Source: an uncultured delta proteobacterium
GTDB lineage: Bacteria; Desulfobacterota; Binatia; Bin18
Length of the DNA stretch: 64,000 bases
NCBI GenBank assembly: GCA_963733195.1
Contig: CAVTCR010000005.1
Span: 1 to 64,000, forward strand
Direction: 5' to 3'
The position numbers were made by a program, and so were the translations under genes. Below the pieces are notes generated by a model that saw nothing but the letters and a program-made list of their open reading frames with translations, was not told the origin of the DNA and ran no database searches. Below are positions 61,416 through 64,000 of this stretch, piece after piece. Positions within the stretch are counted from its first letter, which is position 1. The number at the start of each line of letters is the position of its first letter.

Positions 61416-61862
61416 TCACCGCTGCACCCGCAGTTCGAAGGCTGGGTAGTACGCGGCGAGTGGAGTGAACGCTTCGACCGGGGACCCCGCCACCACAGGA
61501 AAGAAGCGCTGGACCTGCAGTTTGTAGGTGTCCAGATATGCCTTGAGAATCTCGGGTTTCTCGTTATTCCCGACCTCTTGAAGGTTGTAACGCTCGGAGG
61601 TGCGGCCTTGCCTCAGCGTGACGGCGCCGCTCGCCTTTGCGTTGTGCACCCATTGCGTTTGGCCGCGCGGAGACACGAGGTAGGCTCGACCGTTGTGAGA
61701 GAGGAGGTCGACAGGAGTCGAATACGTGCGCCCACTCTTCCGTCCCGACACTTCCAGGAGGTAGTAGTTCGCAGGCGTTAGTCCGAGGCCGACGAGCCAG
61801 CCGAAGAAACGGTTGAACGCCGCCTCGAACACGTTCGGTCGCTTTACGATGTGTGCGTCCAT
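61416..61862 (-). CDS. Deazaflavin-dependent nitroreductase (Ddn/F420 split-barrel) family
   Basis: LEVSGRKSGR..STPV, WVHNAKA, YPAFEL. Confidence 0.85.
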   Translation of the reverse strand: MDAHIVKRPNVFEAAFNRFFGWLVGLGLTPANYYLLEVSGRKSGRTYSTPVDLLSHNGRAYLVSPRGQTQWVHNAKASGAVTLRQGRTSERYNLQEVGNNEKPEILKAYLDTYKLQVQRFFPVVAGSPVEAFTPLAAYYPAFELRVQR

Positions 61863-62140
61863 CTACCCACCCTCAAGAAAGCAGGCCCGTCAGGTCCGGC
61901 TCCATAGATCTTCGGCATACGTTCGCACTCTCTACCTCCAACAAGACGATTCGCTTGCTATTTCAAGGAACAGATGGGACATCACTCCATTCGTCACCGT
62001 AGACATTCTACGGACACTCTTTCCTCGCGGCAATCTAAACTTCGATCGCTCTATGACCTCCGGCGGCAGACAACACGGCAGAAAAAGCGCACATCGAACA
62101 TAGAGTTTGTAGGAAGTCCGCTAAGTGGTTGAAAAGAAGA

Positions 62141-62214
62141 TGCGCCGTAAGGGATTCGAACCCCTGGCCTACAGGTTCGTAGCCTGCCGCTCTATCCAAC
62201 TGAGCTAACGGCGC
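62141..62214 (-). tRNA. tRNA-Arg(ACG)
   Basis: GCGCCGT acceptor stem, GCAGG-CTACGAA-CCTGT anticodon arm, GGTTCGAATCC. Confidence 0.96.
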
Positions 62215-62609
62215 ATAAGAAAAATCTAGGGCTTACCAGGCGGGTTCTACAATGAGCAATACCATGTATGCACCATGTGGGAAAATTGCTCAACGAGAAG
62301 CTTTGTGTAGCATACTCGGTGGGGCCGCAGCAACTACCTCTTTGACATCATCCTCGCTGGGGTTGTTGTACCGCTGAAAGGTCGCAAAAGTCTTATGCCC
62401 AGTGATGGTCATGATCCGCTTGTAATCTCATCCTTACCCGGACTTTCCTGGTGACAAAAGTATGTCCAATCGCTGCATTTTTCAGCGCCGGAGTCCCTGC
62501 CGCCGAGATGCCGGAATTCATAAAGCGCGGCTTTGAGGAGGCACCCAGGAGTCGACCACGCGCACCAAGCTGACAAGAATGCGGTCCCCCTGAAGAAAAA
62601 ATCCACTCC

Positions 62610-63893
62610 TCATCCACGATCTCTACTGTGGTCTCGCAAAGACAGCGCTGCAACTAACCCCACCATCGCACCAAACATCACATAATACGCTGGCGCGATG
62701 GGAGAGCCGGTCTTCTCGACCAACCAGGTAACAATGAATTGCGCAAAACCTCCGAAAAGCATGACCGCCATATTGTAGGCGACAGCGAGTCCAGTCGAGC
62801 GTACGCCGACGGGAAACTGCTCGGCGACCGCGGTGGAAATCGGTCCAGAAAAAGCTCCAGCAATGCTACACAGTACAGTCTGCATCAATACGAGATGTAG
62901 GAAACTCGGATGCGCGTGAATCCACGTAAAGAACGGGTATAACAGCAAAAGATAGGCGACCGGTGCAGCGATCAGGATCGGCCTGCGGCCAATGCGGTCT
63001 GAGAGTGTTCCACACACCGGAATCACTAGCGTCATACACACAAGCCCGATGACTTGGGCAATAAAGGCTTCGTTCAATGGCAGGTTCAGTTGCTTATTGG
63101 CGAACGTCGGCATGTACACCAGAATCACGTAGTACGAGATCGTCCCACAGATAACGAGGCCGAAGGTCACAAGGATGCTGCGCTGATGTTGATTAAGAAG
63201 CGCGCCGACTGCTTGCGTCTGTCGTTTACTACGAGATTCAAGAAACGCGTCAGTCTCTTCGAGATGGCGGCGAATATATAATCCTACTGGACCAATCAAC
63301 AACCCAAACATAAACGGCAGACGCCAGCCCCAGGAATCGAGCTGTTCCGATGTGAACCCTCGCGTCACAAGCACCCCAGACAGCGCTCCCCCCAAGGCCG
63401 CCAAACTTTGTCCCACCATCTGGAGTGAGCCGTAGAAGCCACGGTGTTGTTCTGGCGAAGCTTCTACGAGAAACGACGTGGCACTGGCGAATTCGCCGCC
63501 AGTCGCAAACCCTTGGAGTAAGCGTGCCAGCACCATGAGTAGTGGTGCGGCAATGCCGATCGCCGAATACGGCGGCGCAAAGGCGATAATCGCCATCGAG
63601 ATCGTCATCAAACCGATGATCAGTTGCAGCGCCGCCTTACGGCCCTTACGATCTGCGTAGAGGCCAAGAATGATGCCGCCAACCGGGCGCATGAAGAACC
63701 CTACTCCGAAGGTTGCTGTCGTCAGCAATAGCGAGGCATATTCACTGTGTGCGGGAAAAAATAGACGGGAGATGATAACCGTCAGAAACCCGTAGACGAC
63801 GAAATCATACCATTCCAACGCATTCCCAATGACCGCTGCAGCAATTTGCTTGGTACGCGGCACTGCGGCTAGCCGCGGATTTTCGTTTTGCAT
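62610..63893 (-). CDS. MFS metabolite:H+ symporter (CitA/ProP-like)
   Basis: GNALEWYDF, ADRKGRK, RLLQGFATGGE, WGWRLPF. Confidence 0.93.
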   Translation of the reverse strand: MQNENPRLAAVPRTKQIAAAVIGNALEWYDFVVYGFLTVIISRLFFPAHSEYASLLLTTATFGVGFFMRPVGGIILGLYADRKGRKAALQLIIGLMTISMAIIAFAPPYSAIGIAAPLLMVLARLLQGFATGGEFASATSFLVEASPEQHRGFYGSLQMVGQSLAALGGALSGVLVTRGFTSEQLDSWGWRLPFMFGLLIGPVGLYIRRHLEETDAFLESRSKRQTQAVGALLNQHQRSILVTFGLVICGTISYYVILVYMPTFANKQLNLPLNEAFIAQVIGLVCMTLVIPVCGTLSDRIGRRPILIAAPVAYLLLLYPFFTWIHAHPSFLHLVLMQTVLCSIAGAFSGPISTAVAEQFPVGVRSTGLAVAYNMAVMLFGGFAQFIVTWLVEKTGSPIAPAYYVMFGAMVGLVAALSLRDHSRDRG

Positions 63894-64000
63894 CGCCTCG
63901 CGTTACCATAGGCACGCACCACCTGCTATGAGGGGCACGCAACCAGCAAAATTTCTCCCTGCGATCTTTTGGAGCAGCAAGCAAACGCGGTACAATAGCG

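Larger units (their letters stand above)
58966..62140. mobile_element. Decayed integrase-less island at tRNA-Arg
   Basis: Lies between the tRNA-Arg and its partial copy; contains cassettes, an IS remnant and small ORFs. Confidence 0.7.

Noticed and set aside
1-64000. CRISPR array, retron or DGR
   Set aside because: No regularly spaced 25-45-nt repeats with unique spacers, and no cas or reverse transcriptase ORF was seen.

Overview
Bacterial chromosomal window of moderate GC. The many LLM oxidoreductases, amidohydrolases, CoA-dependent enzymes and cyclase-TPR proteins suggest a Binatota/Tectomicrobia-like deltaproteobacterial MAG (inference). Core and metabolic genes include polA, bolA, a pgi-like gene, RNase II/R, hydantoinase A/B, a PQQ quinohaemoprotein, a bacterial IDO and an MFS transporter. 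Many genes, including polA, carry single-base frameshifts that look like long-read assembly errors. Main accessory features: (i) a lexA-dinB operon with two copies of an apparently unusual operator, ATAGAC-N4-GTCTAT, placed on a consensus sigma70 promoter; (ii) two integrase-less islets bounded by tRNA 3'-end duplications, one at tRNA-Gly carrying only a TA pair and one at tRNA-Arg carrying two integron-type cassettes with attC-like sites plus an IS630 remnant; (iii) a tandem pair of cyclase-AAA-TPR (STAND-like) paralogues, one with intact and one with degenerate cyclase catalytic residues; (iv) 7/8-mer tandem repeats and REP/MITE-like palindromes, some nested and some inserted in frame in proteins; (v) a phased TGACG array upstream of a secreted beta-helix gene near a winged-helix cyclase-TPR regulator; (vi) several intact or truncated TA modules. 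No CRISPR array, rRNA, reverse transcriptase or integrase was seen.
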